Assembly (NCBI GenBank): GCA_040374085.1
Contig: JBEIVB010000005.1
Span: forward strand, 1 to 62,677
Direction: 5' to 3'
Length of the DNA stretch: 62,677 nt
From: Flavobacteriales bacterium
GTDB taxonomy: Bacteria; Bacteroidota; Bacteroidia; UBA4408
Part shown: positions 27,210 through 38,051 of the stretch, in pieces
How the letters are laid out: each line of letters starts with the position of its first letter
Numbering within the stretch: position 1 is the first letter of the stretch
Notes under the pieces: model-generated
What the model was told of the DNA's origin: nothing
Database searches by the model: none
What the model saw: only the letters and a program-made list of their open reading frames with translations
Position numbers and translations under genes: made by a program

Positions 27210-28901
27210 ATGACCCAACCTTCTTTCCGAAGAAACTCCCTCATCTTCCTTCTGCTCTCGGCTCTGGTGCTGGTGCTGTTGAATGTGGTGGGGCGGTTTT
27301 GGTTCTTGCGTTTCGATCTCACCGCCGAGAAGCGCTACACCCTTTCCGAAACTACCCGAAACCAATTGAAGCAGCTCGATGACGTGGTCTTCTTTAAGGT
27401 TTACCTCGAGGGAGAATTTCCCGCTGGCTACCAGCGCTTACACGATGAAACGCGCGAGCTCCTGGATGAGTTTCGGGCCTATGGGGGCGACAACATACAG
27501 TACGAGTTTGTGAACCCCTCGGACAACCCCAACGAGCAGCAGCGCTACGAACTTTACAAACAGCTAACCAAGAAGGGTTTGCAGCCCACCACCCTCTCAG
27601 AAACAGCCAAGGACGAAGTTTCCAAAAAGCTGATTTTTCCCGGCGCCCTTGTATCCTACAAAGGACGTGAGGTTCCTCTTTCTCTGCTTCAGGTTCAGAT
27701 GGGCAGCGACCAGGATATGGTCATCAACAACAGTGTAGAGGGCCTGGAGTTTGAGTTTACCCGCGCCATAGACCGCCTTAAAGGCGAAACCAAACCCCGC
27801 ATTGCATTTGTTAGCGGCCATGGCGAGCTGGAAGAGATTTGGGTGCGCGATGCAGTGCGTGCACTCGGCGAATATTATGAAGTGGAGCGGAGAAGGATGA
27901 ACGGCATGTTTAAATCCCTCGACGGATATAAAGCCGTGGTTATAGCAAAACCCGATTCCCTTTTCAGCGACAAGGACAAATTTGCCCTGGATCAATACAT
28001 TATGAAAGGGGGAAAGGTTTTATGGCTGTTGGATGGAGCCTTAGCGGATATGGACAGCCTCAAGAACAAGCCCGTTACATACGGTGTGGCCAATGAGGTG
28101 AACCTATCCGATATGCTTTTCCGTTATGGTGTTCGGGTTAACCCCGACCTGGTGATGGATTTACAGGCAGCTCCCATTCCTATGATTACCGGTATGATTG
28201 GCAATCAACCTCAGCGTGCCCTATTGCCTTGGTATTATACTCCTCTGGTGGTGCCTACCTCCAAGCATCCGGTTGTGCGCAACCTCAGCGGCATTCGTTT
28301 GGAATTTGCCAGTTCCTTGGATACGGTTGAAGTGGCAGGTGTGCACAAAGAAGTCTTGTTGAGCACCTCTACCCATGCCCGCAAAGTGGCGGTACCGGCC
28401 AAGATATCCTTGGAGCTTATTCGGCGCAAGCCCGATCCGCGGATGTTTGTTCAGGGCCCCATACCATTAGCCGTGTTGTTGGAGGGTACCTTCACCTCGG
28501 TGTTTAAAAATCGCCTGCCTTCCTCCATCGTAAACGATTCGGCCATTGCCTATCGGTCTGAGGGTAAAAGCAGCATGGTGGTGCTGGGTGACGGCGATCT
28601 TATAAAAAATCAAATCAGCATGGCGCGTCAAGAAGCCTATCCCCTGGGTTTCGACCGCTTCTCTGGGCAAACCTATGCCAACAAAACCTTCCTTTTGAAT
28701 TGCATGAACTATCTTGTGGATGGCGGAGGGCTCATCTCCTTGCGTTCACGCGAGGTTCGTTTGCGCTTGCTCGACAAAACCATGGTGGATGCCAACCGAA
28801 CCTATTATCAATGGATCAACACCGCCTTGCCCATAGGCATGGTTTGCCTTTTGGGATTGCTGGCATATACCCTTCGCAAGCGTAGGTATTCTCGCGCATA
28901 A
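27210..28901 (+). CDS. gldG: Gliding motility-associated ABC transporter auxiliary component GldG
   Basis: RFDLTAEKRYTLS, GHGEL, LDQYIMKGG, YPLGFDRF, NKTFLLN; N- and C-terminal TM segments. Confidence 0.92.
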   Translation: MTQPSFRRNSLIFLLLSALVLVLLNVVGRFWFLRFDLTAEKRYTLSETTRNQLKQLDDVVFFKVYLEGEFPAGYQRLHDETRELLDEFRAYGGDNIQYEFVNPSDNPNEQQRYELYKQLTKKGLQPTTLSETAKDEVSKKLIFPGALVSYKGREVPLSLLQVQMGSDQDMVINNSVEGLEFEFTRAIDRLKGETKPRIAFVSGHGELEEIWVRDAVRALGEYYEVERRRMNGMFKSLDGYKAVVIAKPDSLFSDKDKFALDQYIMKGGKVLWLLDGALADMDSLKNKPVTYGVANEVNLSDMLFRYGVRVNPDLVMDLQAAPIPMITGMIGNQPQRALLPWYYTPLVVPTSKHPVVRNLSGIRLEFASSLDTVEVAGVHKEVLLSTSTHARKVAVPAKISLELIRRKPDPRMFVQGPIPLAVLLEGTFTSVFKNRLPSSIVNDSAIAYRSEGKSSMVVLGDGDLIKNQISMARQEAYPLGFDRFSGQTYANKTFLLNCMNYLVDGGGLISLRSREVRLRLLDKTMVDANRTYYQWINTALPIGMVCLLGLLAYTLRKRRYSRA

Positions 28902-28905
28902 CCGC

Positions 28906-31900
28906 ATGACAGGCAAATTTTCTGTATACCGTTCATCTGCCGGCAGTGGAAAAACCTTTACACTGGTTAAGGAATATCTTGTTTTATGCCTTTCGGATGA
29001 TGATCCCAAAGCCTTTCGAAAGATTCTTGCGATTACCTTTACCAATAAAGCTGCTGCCGAGATGCGGGAGCGCATGGTGCGGGCCTTGGAGCTTTTGATA
29101 AAGCCTTCTTGGGAAAAAGACATCCACGTACTGGGTCATGCTTTGATGGAACGGTGCTCCCTTTCCAAAGCGCACGTGCAATCGCGCAGCAGAGCCATCC
29201 TACTGGCCATGCTGCACAACTACGGAGACATACAGGTGAGCACCATCGATGGCTTTGTGCACCGCATCATTCGCGCCTTTTCTTTTGAATTTTCGCTCCG
29301 TCACGGCTTTGAGGTAGAGCTGGATGTAGACTCCGTGTACCGCGAGGCTGTGGAGCGCTTGTTGGCCAAAGCCGGCTCAGATCCGGCACTAACCGAACTC
29401 CTGTGCGATTGGATTTTTCAACGTGCCGACCAAGAGAAGAACATCGATGTAGCCGATGACCTCTTTTATGTTGTGAAACTTTGGGCTCAGGAAAGGCATA
29501 GGGGTTTCCTAGACCGCTGGGCAGAGGCTCCGGAAGGCACCTTTGATCGCTTGCGCACCAAGGTTTTACAAACCGTAGAGCACAAGCAAAAAGACATCCG
29601 TTCTGCAGCCGAGGCCATTTTGATGTTGATCGATCAATATGGTGTCAATACAAGCAACACCGCTGGTGGCACAGACCTGAAGAAGTTCATTCAAGAGATT
29701 CTGGATGCATCCGATCCCCTTTCTGCGGCAAAGAGATTGAACTCGGTTAAGTGGTTGGCAGATTGGACCTCCGACTCTTCATGGGGCAAGAAGAAGGGAC
29801 TGGAGGCTTCTGAGCAATCCGCCTTAGAAACCTTTTCTCAAAAGTCCCTCAGCCACTTTAAGTTCCTACGAGATGCTTATTTCAATGAGACCTCCGAGTT
29901 TCTTCATGCCCTGCATTTTCTGCCCTCGCTCTATGCCTTAGGCATAGCGTTAAACGTAGATCAAACCATTCGGGAAATATGCCGGGAGCGAAATGTAATG
30001 CTCATCTCCGAGTTCAACCAGCGGATTGCCTCTGTTGTGCGCGGCGAACCCATGCCTTTTGTTTATGAGCGATTGGGTTCTCGTGTTTCGCATTTGATGA
30101 TCGATGAGTTTCAAGACACCTCGGTGGTGCAATGGTCCAATTTTATTCCCCTGGTGCAGGATGTGCTATCCAACGGAAACCAGGTTTTACTGGTGGGCGA
30201 TGGAAAGCAAAGCATTTACCGCTTTCGGGATGGAGATTGGCGCCAATTCATACAATTGCCCAAGCTCCTCAACGCATCCAATTCGCGCATCAATGCCGAG
30301 CGCGAGCGTCTGTTGCATGCTCATTTCAGACTCGAAACCCTAAAAACCAATTACAGGAGTTTGCGCAGCGTGGTTCAGTTTAACAATGCCTTGTTTCATG
30401 CGTTTTCCAAATCGGTGGGTTTGACCATTCCCGAAGTGGCGGACCTCTATGCCGATGTCAAACAGAGCGGGCACAAAACGGAAGAAGGTTTTGTGGCGGT
30501 ATACAAAACAAATGATGTGGGTAAAAAAGAGGAGGTATACCACCAGATTGTTTCTCTTCTGAAATCGGGTATCGAGATGTGCCTCAGCAATGGATATAGC
30601 TTTGGAGATATAGCTATATTGGTTCGAAAAAACAATGAGGAGCGCTTCCTAGCGGAGCAGATGGCCGAGTTAGGTTATCCCATAATGGCGCAAGGTGGGC
30701 TCACATTGGGGGCCTCCATTCAGGTTCGCTTGTTGGCCGATGCTTTGTGTTTCTTACACAATCCGTTGATATTGGATTATCGTTATGCATTGTGGACTTC
30801 CTTTAAACCTTCTCAGGCCGCTCACATTCCACTGGAGTTGGCTATGCAGGCAACTCCCGAGGATTATTTGCTGTTGTTGGGACACGGAAGTCTGCACGAG
30901 GTATTCCAAACTCAGGGCTCCTGGGCTTTTTGCCGCGCTTTGATAAAGGCCTTGCCCAATTTCTTTCTCGGCGATGCCTATGAGCTTCGCTTTCTGGATG
31001 CGCTCTGGGATTGGGAACACTCCAAAGGTCCACTTGCTTCTGATTTCGGATCATGGTGGAGCAGCAGAGGAAGCAATCTGGCGGTGCAACCTCCGGAAGA
31101 GTCTCAGGGCATTCGCCTGATGACCATACACAAATCCAAAGGACTTCAGTTTCCCGTTGTTTTTGTTCCCTTCTTTTATGTTTCCTTACCCAAGTCGGGT
31201 GCGTTTGATTGGATGGAGGCGCCGCCTTCGTGGGAAATGCCTCCGGTGCTTTTTCAGCACAACCACGCGCTTGTGGTTCCCGAGCCGGTTCGCTTGGCAA
31301 ATGAAGAGAAAAAAGCCCATCGCCTCGATGAGTTGAATGCCCTTTATGTTGCCGCAACCCGAGCTGAGTCGGCCTTGTTTCTCATCCACATTCCCATGAA
31401 AATGGTCACCGACGGCCAATCCGGGCTCTTCGCTTCTTTGGAAGAAGTGGTGGTTTCACCCGCCTGGAAGGTAGATGGCGATTGGACGGTTAGCGGTGAA
31501 TTGTTGAAACCAATCAAACCTGAGGACGGTGAAAAAGAAAGGGTTGATTCTCAGCCCTCCCCGGTTCAACCGCTGCCAGAACTCGGTAGAGGTTTGGAGG
31601 GTGTGCTGCCCTCTAAAATTTTCTTTGAAGCAGACGAACAACAGATGGGAAAAGCCATGCACAGGGTATTCGAGTATGTGCACATGGGAATCGATCGAAC
31701 CGATTTGGAACGTTTGCTGGGTGCCGTTGCTGGCCTATCGGACGAGGAAATTACCCAATGGTGCAATACCCTATTGAAGATGGTTCAGGATACCCGGTTG
31801 GAACCCTATTTCAGTTCTCAAGGCCGCGTGCGAAATGAGGCGTGGCTTTATGAAGAGGGCAGTGGTTTCTTTCGGGTAGATCGTTTGGTTGAGTGGAAGG

Positions 31901-32061
31901 GTGGGTTGCATTTACTGGATTACAAAACAGGTATGGAGGACCCAAAGCACATCGAGCAAATTGGTCGATACCGAACCATATTGGAGCACGCTGGCCTCAC
32001 AGTTGTGAACACCAACTTAGTTTATATATACGCTGAACAGTATAATGTTGTAGCTGTATGA
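28906..32061 (+). CDS. UvrD/AddA-type helicase-nuclease
   Basis: SAGSGKT, TFTNKAA, IDEFQD, VGDGKQSIYRFR, TIHKSKGL, YVAATRA; C-terminal RVDRL...LDYKTG PD-(D/E)XK nuclease. Confidence 0.92.
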   Translation: MTGKFSVYRSSAGSGKTFTLVKEYLVLCLSDDDPKAFRKILAITFTNKAAAEMRERMVRALELLIKPSWEKDIHVLGHALMERCSLSKAHVQSRSRAILLAMLHNYGDIQVSTIDGFVHRIIRAFSFEFSLRHGFEVELDVDSVYREAVERLLAKAGSDPALTELLCDWIFQRADQEKNIDVADDLFYVVKLWAQERHRGFLDRWAEAPEGTFDRLRTKVLQTVEHKQKDIRSAAEAILMLIDQYGVNTSNTAGGTDLKKFIQEILDASDPLSAAKRLNSVKWLADWTSDSSWGKKKGLEASEQSALETFSQKSLSHFKFLRDAYFNETSEFLHALHFLPSLYALGIALNVDQTIREICRERNVMLISEFNQRIASVVRGEPMPFVYERLGSRVSHLMIDEFQDTSVVQWSNFIPLVQDVLSNGNQVLLVGDGKQSIYRFRDGDWRQFIQLPKLLNASNSRINAERERLLHAHFRLETLKTNYRSLRSVVQFNNALFHAFSKSVGLTIPEVADLYADVKQSGHKTEEGFVAVYKTNDVGKKEEVYHQIVSLLKSGIEMCLSNGYSFGDIAILVRKNNEERFLAEQMAELGYPIMAQGGLTLGASIQVRLLADALCFLHNPLILDYRYALWTSFKPSQAAHIPLELAMQATPEDYLLLLGHGSLHEVFQTQGSWAFCRALIKALPNFFLGDAYELRFLDALWDWEHSKGPLASDFGSWWSSRGSNLAVQPPEESQGIRLMTIHKSKGLQFPVVFVPFFYVSLPKSGAFDWMEAPPSWEMPPVLFQHNHALVVPEPVRLANEEKKAHRLDELNALYVAATRAESALFLIHIPMKMVTDGQSGLFASLEEVVVSPAWKVDGDWTVSGELLKPIKPEDGEKERVDSQPSPVQPLPELGRGLEGVLPSKIFFEADEQQMGKAMHRVFEYVHMGIDRTDLERLLGAVAGLSDEEITQWCNTLLKMVQDTRLEPYFSSQGRVRNEAWLYEEGSGFFRVDRLVEWKGGLHLLDYKTGMEDPKHIEQIGRYRTILEHAGLTVVNTNLVYIYAEQYNVVAV

Positions 32062-33422
32062 GGAGGTTCATAACGGAAAATCTCGGATTTATTCTCATCC
32101 TGCTCATTTGGCTTTTCGGAACCTACTTTTTGGCCGTAGGCATGCTGCCTGCAATTTTGCTGTCGTTGATTTTTTTCCAGATCAGAGGCATGCACAAGCA
32201 GATTTTCTTCGGCTTGATCTTCATCATTTTCATGTCGGATTCACGCAACATGAATCTCTTTTCTGCTTCTTCTATTAAGGAGGTTTATGTTGTGTTTATG
32301 GGGATTTTCATGTTGTTTTCTCAAAAAAACTTCAAGCCCTTTCAACAGATTTATCGGCCTTTTTTGCCGTTTCTTTTGTACGCCGTTGTAGTTGCATTTC
32401 GTAACCCCGACATTATACTGTCGCTCCAAAAGGTCTTTTCATACGGTTTAATGTATTTGGTTGTGCCGGGTTATGTATCAAGAGGTTTCAGGGAGGAAGG
32501 AGAGCGCTACATTGGTGATTTTTTGAATTATCTGGGTTTCTTGCTTTTGCTTGGATTCCTTTTTCTTCCCATCCTGGGCCAAAATGCCTACATCGGAGGG
32601 CGTTATGCAGGCCCCTTGGGTAATCCTAACGGATTGGGTTTGTATTGCAGTGTGTTTTTTATCCTGATTGTTATTTTTTCGCGCAATTTTCCCAATGTTT
32701 TGGGTAAGCAAGAAAAGTTTTTTCTCCTGTTGCTTACGTTGGTTTCCCTTGCCATGTCTGGCTCCCGAAATGCCACCGTTACCATTCTTCTTTTTGTTTT
32801 GCTGGGCAGGGTTTTTTCCGCTTCCAATTTGTTTGGTTTTGTAACCATTTTGGCTGTATTGGTATTCAACCCCCAGATAGGTGCGCTTTTGGAGTGGGTG
32901 GTGCGAATGGTAGGCTTGGATGAGTTTTATCGACTAAAGGGATTGGAAGAAGGATCTGGCCGATTGGTGGCGTGGTTGTTTGCATGGCAGAACATTCTCA
33001 ACGAACCTGTTTTGGGCTCTGGGTTCAACTACACCAACTACATTTTCGACAAAAACTTCATTCAACTTTCCTTGAAGGGGCATCAGGGGAACGCACACAA
33101 TACTTTTCTAACCTTCTGGCTGGATACCGGATTTATTGGTTTAGTTTTATTCCTGCGCGGCTTTTTTCTCTCTTTTTATTGGCATTCAAAAAACAGTAGA
33201 CTCGTTTTGCCTGCCATGTTCTCTCTGCTTTTTTCGATGTTCTTTGAGTCTTGGTTCACCTCCGCGCTCAATCCGGTAACGTTTCAAGTAATTGCCCTAT
33301 TCTCGGTAATGGACAGCCGTTTTAGCGAGCCCACCAGTGATTCAAGTGCGGTTTCTGGAGACGAGACGGATGTTGCGGTGCCCGTTGAAGAGGACAATTC
33401 AGACCTCCAATTGTCGGGATAA
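32058..33422 (+). CDS. O-antigen ligase/polymerase family membrane protein
   Basis: Many TM helices; GNPNGLG, SGSRN, SGR..W, AHNTFL. Confidence 0.85.
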   Translation: MRRFITENLGFILILLIWLFGTYFLAVGMLPAILLSLIFFQIRGMHKQIFFGLIFIIFMSDSRNMNLFSASSIKEVYVVFMGIFMLFSQKNFKPFQQIYRPFLPFLLYAVVVAFRNPDIILSLQKVFSYGLMYLVVPGYVSRGFREEGERYIGDFLNYLGFLLLLGFLFLPILGQNAYIGGRYAGPLGNPNGLGLYCSVFFILIVIFSRNFPNVLGKQEKFFLLLLTLVSLAMSGSRNATVTILLFVLLGRVFSASNLFGFVTILAVLVFNPQIGALLEWVVRMVGLDEFYRLKGLEEGSGRLVAWLFAWQNILNEPVLGSGFNYTNYIFDKNFIQLSLKGHQGNAHNTFLTFWLDTGFIGLVLFLRGFFLSFYWHSKNSRLVLPAMFSLLFSMFFESWFTSALNPVTFQVIALFSVMDSRFSEPTSDSSAVSGDETDVAVPVEEDNSDLQLSG

Positions 33423-33427
33423 AACGG

Positions 33428-33435
33428 TATTTTTG
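33428..33435 (+). promoter_or_regulatory. -7 promoter element TATTTTTG
   Basis: TAnnTTTG 18 nt before ATG 33454. Confidence 0.6.
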
Positions 33436-33453
33436 CGCCCGTTTTAGCCTGCC

Positions 33454-35082
33454 ATGATCTCTACAAGCAACATAACCCTACAGTACGGAAAGCGTGTTCT
33501 ATTTGAAAACGTCAGCATCAAGTTCACGCCGGGAAATTGTTACGGCATCATTGGTGCGAACGGTGCGGGCAAATCAACTTTTTTGAAAATCCTCTCCGGC
33601 GAAATAGAAGCTCAAGCCGGACAGGTTGTGCTCACGCCGGGCGAACGCATTTCCGTGTTGCGCCAGAACCAAGATCAATTCAACGATTTGCCGGTGTTGC
33701 AAACGGTAATCATGGGCAACGAACGCCTTTTCAACATCATGCGCGAGAAGGATGCCTTGTATGCCAAGTCCGATTTTTCTGATGCAGACGGCATGCGGGC
33801 TTCAGAGCTTGAGGCGGAGTTTGCCGAGATGAGTGGCTGGAATGCAGAAACCGATGCTTCCGAGTTGCTCAGCAACTTGGGCATAAAAGAAGGGCAACAC
33901 CAAAAAACCATGGTAGAGCTTACCGGCAGTGAAAAGGTTCGTGTGCTCCTCGCCCAAGCCCTTTTTGGGAATCCCGATATTCTCATTCTCGATGAACCTA
34001 CCAACAATCTGGATGTAGAAACGGTCATGTGGCTGGAGAATTTCCTCGCCGAATTTCAAAATACCGTTATTGTAGTATCGCACGATCGTCACTTCCTCGA
34101 TGCGGTTTGTACCCATATTGCCGATATCGATTTTAGTAAAATAACATTATACACGGGGAATTACTCTTTCTGGTATGAATCCAGTCAGCTCTTATTGAAA
34201 CAAAAGCAAGATGCCAATAAGAAGGCCGATGATAAGAAGCGCGAGTTGGAGAGTTTCATTGCCCGTTTCAGCGCCAATGCATCTAAATCCAGGCAGGCCA
34301 CCAGCCGCAAGAAGTTGTTGGAAAAAATCAATTTCGAGGAGATAAAGCCCTCTAACCGCAAGTATCCCTACATCTCGTTCAAGCCTACGCAAGAGTCGCG
34401 AGGTCAGGTGTTGGAGGTGAAGAGCCTGCGCAAACGCATAGACGGAGAGGAGTTGTTTAACGGCTTGAGCTTTACTTTGGATGCAGGAGATAAGGTTGCC
34501 TTTTTTGCTACCAACGGCCTGGCGATCACCGAGCTGTTTGAATTGCTCTCCGGAGATAAGCCCATTGATGGTGGAGAAATCAAGTGGGGTGGAACGGCCA
34601 GCGTGTCTTATTTCCCCAAAAGCCACGATCATTTTTTCAACGAAGATGCCAATTTGGTGGCGTGGTTATCCATGTATTCTCCGGTGAAAGAAGAGCCTTT
34701 TGTGCGCGGATTTCTGGGCCGCATGCTGTTTTCAGGCGAGGAGTCGCTGAAGAAGGCTAAGGTACTTTCCGGCGGTGAAAAGGTTCGATGCATGCTGGCT
34801 AAGATGATGCTGGAAGCGCGCAATACGCTCATTTTCGATCAGCCTACCAACCACTTGGATTTGGAATCCATTACCTCGCTAAACAATGGACTGATGGAGG
34901 CAAAAGCAAACGTGCTGTTCTGTTCCCACGATCACCAGTTTATACAGACCGTAGCCAACCGCATCATAGAAATTCTTCCGGGCGGTGTAATAGACAAACG
35001 CCTCACCTACGACGAATACTTACTTGATGAAAAAGTAAAAGCCCAGAGAGAAGCTTATATGGGCGAAGCGTTACCTGCTTAA
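33454..35082 (+). CDS. ABC-F family ATPase (YbiT-like)
   Basis: Two NBDs and no TM segments; GANGAGKST, LDEPTNNLD, FSANASKSRQATSRKK linker, LSGGEK. Confidence 0.92.
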   Translation: MISTSNITLQYGKRVLFENVSIKFTPGNCYGIIGANGAGKSTFLKILSGEIEAQAGQVVLTPGERISVLRQNQDQFNDLPVLQTVIMGNERLFNIMREKDALYAKSDFSDADGMRASELEAEFAEMSGWNAETDASELLSNLGIKEGQHQKTMVELTGSEKVRVLLAQALFGNPDILILDEPTNNLDVETVMWLENFLAEFQNTVIVVSHDRHFLDAVCTHIADIDFSKITLYTGNYSFWYESSQLLLKQKQDANKKADDKKRELESFIARFSANASKSRQATSRKKLLEKINFEEIKPSNRKYPYISFKPTQESRGQVLEVKSLRKRIDGEELFNGLSFTLDAGDKVAFFATNGLAITELFELLSGDKPIDGGEIKWGGTASVSYFPKSHDHFFNEDANLVAWLSMYSPVKEEPFVRGFLGRMLFSGEESLKKAKVLSGGEKVRCMLAKMMLEARNTLIFDQPTNHLDLESITSLNNGLMEAKANVLFCSHDHQFIQTVANRIIEILPGGVIDKRLTYDEYLLDEKVKAQREAYMGEALPA

Positions 35083-35084
35083 GA

Positions 35085-38051
35085 TCAACGCACTTGCTTA
35101 GATGCGGAACCCGCTTTCTGGCTTTGTTGCAACTCCTTAGCCAGATAGATTCCGGTAATGCTTTTTGGAAAAGAAACGATTTCCGAAGGTGATCCTTGGG
35201 CAACTATCGTTCCGCCTTGGTGGCCTCCTTCAGGCCCAAGGTCAATTACGTGATCTGCAACTTTTACAATATCTAAGTTGTGCTCAATAACCAATACGGT
35301 ATTGCCGTTTTCTACAAGACGTTGCAGCACATCCAACAATATGCGAATGTCTTCGAAATGCAATCCTGTAGAAGGTTCGTCGAGTATGTAAAAGGTATTT
35401 CCCGTATCCTTTTTTGCTAATTCTGCTGCCAGTTTTATGCGTTGTGCCTCTCCCCCAGATAGGGTAGTGGACGGTTGTCCTAAGGTAACGTAGCCCAAGC
35501 CCACCTCTTTTAGTGTTCGTATTTTTTGGGTGATGGAAGGGATGTTGGAAAACAACTCCAATGCGTCTTCAATGGTCATGTTCAGCACATCGCTGATGCT
35601 TTTTCCGTGGTAGCGCACCTCAAGGGTTTCGCGGTTGTATCGCTTTCCATTGCAATCTTCGCAGAGGACATACACATCGGGTAGGAAGTTCATTTCTATT
35701 CCCCTGAGCCCGCCGCCCTGACAGGTTTCGCATCGGCCACCCTTCACATTAAAAGAGAAACGCCCCGGTTTGTAGCCTCGTATTTTTGCCTCCGGAAGCT
35801 CTGCATACAGGGCTCTGATGTCGGTGAAGACGTTGGTATAGGTGGCAGGGTTCGAACGCGGTGTGCGTCCAATTGGACTTTGATCGATTTCTATAACCTT
35901 GTCTAAATGCTTTAAACCTTCAACGGAATGATAGGACAGGGGCTTTTTTACAGACCGATAGAAATGCTGGTTCAAAATGGGATATAGCGTCTCCGTTATC
36001 AACGATGACTTTCCGCTGCCCGAAACCCCCGTTATGCAGATGAAGGTGCCCAAGGGAAACGACACCGAAACATGTTTTAGGTTGTGGCCGCTGGCACCGG
36101 TAATGATGAGTTGTTTGCCGTTGCCTTTTCTGGAAAAAGAGGGAAGGGGAATTTCTTTTTCATACCGCAGGTATTGGCAGGTGAGGCTGTTTTGGCGAAA
36201 AAAATGATCCGGTGCACCTTCTGCTACTACTCTACCTCCATGTATTCCGGCGCCCGGACCAATATCAATGATCCAGTCTGCAGCCTCCATCATCTCCCTA
36301 TCGTGCTCCACCACCAAGAGGGAATTGCCCAGGTCCCTCAGCTTTTTTAATGCTTCAATAAGTCTGGCATTATCTCTCTGATGAAGGCCGATAGACGGTT
36401 CATCCAAAATGTACAAGACGCCGGTAAGTTGAGATCCAATTTGCGTGGCCAATCGTATGCGCTGCGCCTCTCCACCGCTGAGGGTTTGCACACCTCGATC
36501 GAGGGTGAGGTAATCCAATCCCACATGCAACAAGAAGCCTACTCGAGCGCGAATCTCCTTTAAGATCTCTTCCGCTATGATGGCTTGCTGGCCTTGCAAG
36601 CGGCTGTCTAAACCTTCCAGCCATTCCTTCAATTCAGCCAAAGGCAGGGCGGATAATTGTGCAATGTTTTTATCGGACATGAGGAAATACAGCGCCTCTT
36701 TTTTCAAGCGTGTGCCCTCACATTTCGGGCATGCCACCTGGTTCATGAACCCCTCCACGAGGCGGTCGAGTGTGCGGCTGCTCAATTCTTCCCGTTGCCG
36801 AATCAGAAAGTTGATAATGCCTTCAAAGGTGCTGTTTCGAACGTGTTGGTTGTTTTTATCGGTATGCATTTTATATACTTCTTCAGAACCGTATAAAACA
36901 ACACCAATTGCCTCTTCACTGAATTCCCCGAGTGGGGTGTTCAAATCGAACCCCAGATGCTTTCCAATGGATTCCAACTGAAAGAAGATCCACGTTGGCT
37001 TGTATTCTCCCAATGGAGAAATGCCCCCTTTTCGGATGGTGAGCTCGGGATTGGGAATGATCTTGGCCAGGTCAACCTCCGAAACGGTGCCCAATCCATT
37101 ACACCGGCTGCACGATCCAACCGGCGAGTTAAAAGAGAAGAGGTTTGGGGCAGGATCTGCATAGGAAATGCCGCTGGTGGGGCACATAAGGTGACGGCTG
37201 AAATGCCGTATCTCTTCAGCATCCACATCGAGGATCATCACCGAGCCTTTGCCCATTTTCATGCCCGCTTTTAACGACTCTTGCAGACGTGCGCGCGCAT
37301 CTGCTTGCACCGGTAAACGATCAATAACAACTTCTATGTTGTGGGTCTTGTACCGATCTACTTGCATCTTTACCCTCAGTTCGGTAATGGTTCCGTTGAT
37401 GCGCGCCTTTATATAACCTTGTTTAATAATTTGGTCGAACAACTCTCGGTAATGGCCTTTCCTCGATTTCACCACAGGAGCCAGCAACACGATCTTGCGC
37501 CCTTCGTATTCGCTCAGGATCAAATTCAAAATTTGCTCATCGGAATAGCGGACCATAGGCTCTCCGGTAACATAGGAAACCGCCTGTCCGGCGCGGGCAT
37601 AAAGCAAGCGCAGGAAATCGTACACCTCTGTTATGGTACCCACCGTGGACCTTGGGTTGCGGCTGGTGGTTTTCTGCTCTATGGAAATTACAGGAGACAG
37701 GCCGGTAATCTGGTCTACATCCGGTCTTTCCAGGTTGCCTAAAAACTGACGTGCATAAGCAGAGAAGCTCTCCACATAACGTCGTTGGCCCTCTGCGTAA
37801 ATGGTATCAAAGGCAAGGGATGATTTGCCGCTTCCACTCAAACCCGTAAGCACCACCAGACGATTGCGGGGTATGCTCACCTCTATGTTCTTTAGGTTAT
37901 GAACCCGTGCGCCCGAAACCAGCAGTTGCTGCTCGGGATCCAAAGCATCACCCTGGCTTTTGGGCAGCGTTTTCCGCTTCGCCTCGGAGGCTGTCGCCTT
38001 GGGTGTCGTGGCTGGGATCGGCTTCTGGTTCTGGGTTTTCTTTAACGGCAT
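35085..38051 (-). CDS. uvrA: Excinuclease ABC subunit A
   Basis: GARVHNLKN, GLSGSGKSSLAFDT, zinc fingers, two LSGGEAQR; start ATG 38051 or TTG 37943. Confidence 0.97.
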   Translation of the reverse strand: MPLKKTQNQKPIPATTPKATASEAKRKTLPKSQGDALDPEQQLLVSGARVHNLKNIEVSIPRNRLVVLTGLSGSGKSSLAFDTIYAEGQRRYVESFSAYARQFLGNLERPDVDQITGLSPVISIEQKTTSRNPRSTVGTITEVYDFLRLLYARAGQAVSYVTGEPMVRYSDEQILNLILSEYEGRKIVLLAPVVKSRKGHYRELFDQIIKQGYIKARINGTITELRVKMQVDRYKTHNIEVVIDRLPVQADARARLQESLKAGMKMGKGSVMILDVDAEEIRHFSRHLMCPTSGISYADPAPNLFSFNSPVGSCSRCNGLGTVSEVDLAKIIPNPELTIRKGGISPLGEYKPTWIFFQLESIGKHLGFDLNTPLGEFSEEAIGVVLYGSEEVYKMHTDKNNQHVRNSTFEGIINFLIRQREELSSRTLDRLVEGFMNQVACPKCEGTRLKKEALYFLMSDKNIAQLSALPLAELKEWLEGLDSRLQGQQAIIAEEILKEIRARVGFLLHVGLDYLTLDRGVQTLSGGEAQRIRLATQIGSQLTGVLYILDEPSIGLHQRDNARLIEALKKLRDLGNSLLVVEHDREMMEAADWIIDIGPGAGIHGGRVVAEGAPDHFFRQNSLTCQYLRYEKEIPLPSFSRKGNGKQLIITGASGHNLKHVSVSFPLGTFICITGVSGSGKSSLITETLYPILNQHFYRSVKKPLSYHSVEGLKHLDKVIEIDQSPIGRTPRSNPATYTNVFTDIRALYAELPEAKIRGYKPGRFSFNVKGGRCETCQGGGLRGIEMNFLPDVYVLCEDCNGKRYNRETLEVRYHGKSISDVLNMTIEDALELFSNIPSITQKIRTLKEVGLGYVTLGQPSTTLSGGEAQRIKLAAELAKKDTGNTFYILDEPSTGLHFEDIRILLDVLQRLVENGNTVLVIEHNLDIVKVADHVIDLGPEGGHQGGTIVAQGSPSEIVSFPKSITGIYLAKELQQSQKAGSASKQVR

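Noticed and set aside
16429-38051. uvrC, AddA-like gene, uvrA (plus dinD) as a DNA-repair island
   Set aside because: Genes are dispersed among unrelated operons and no shared operator was found upstream
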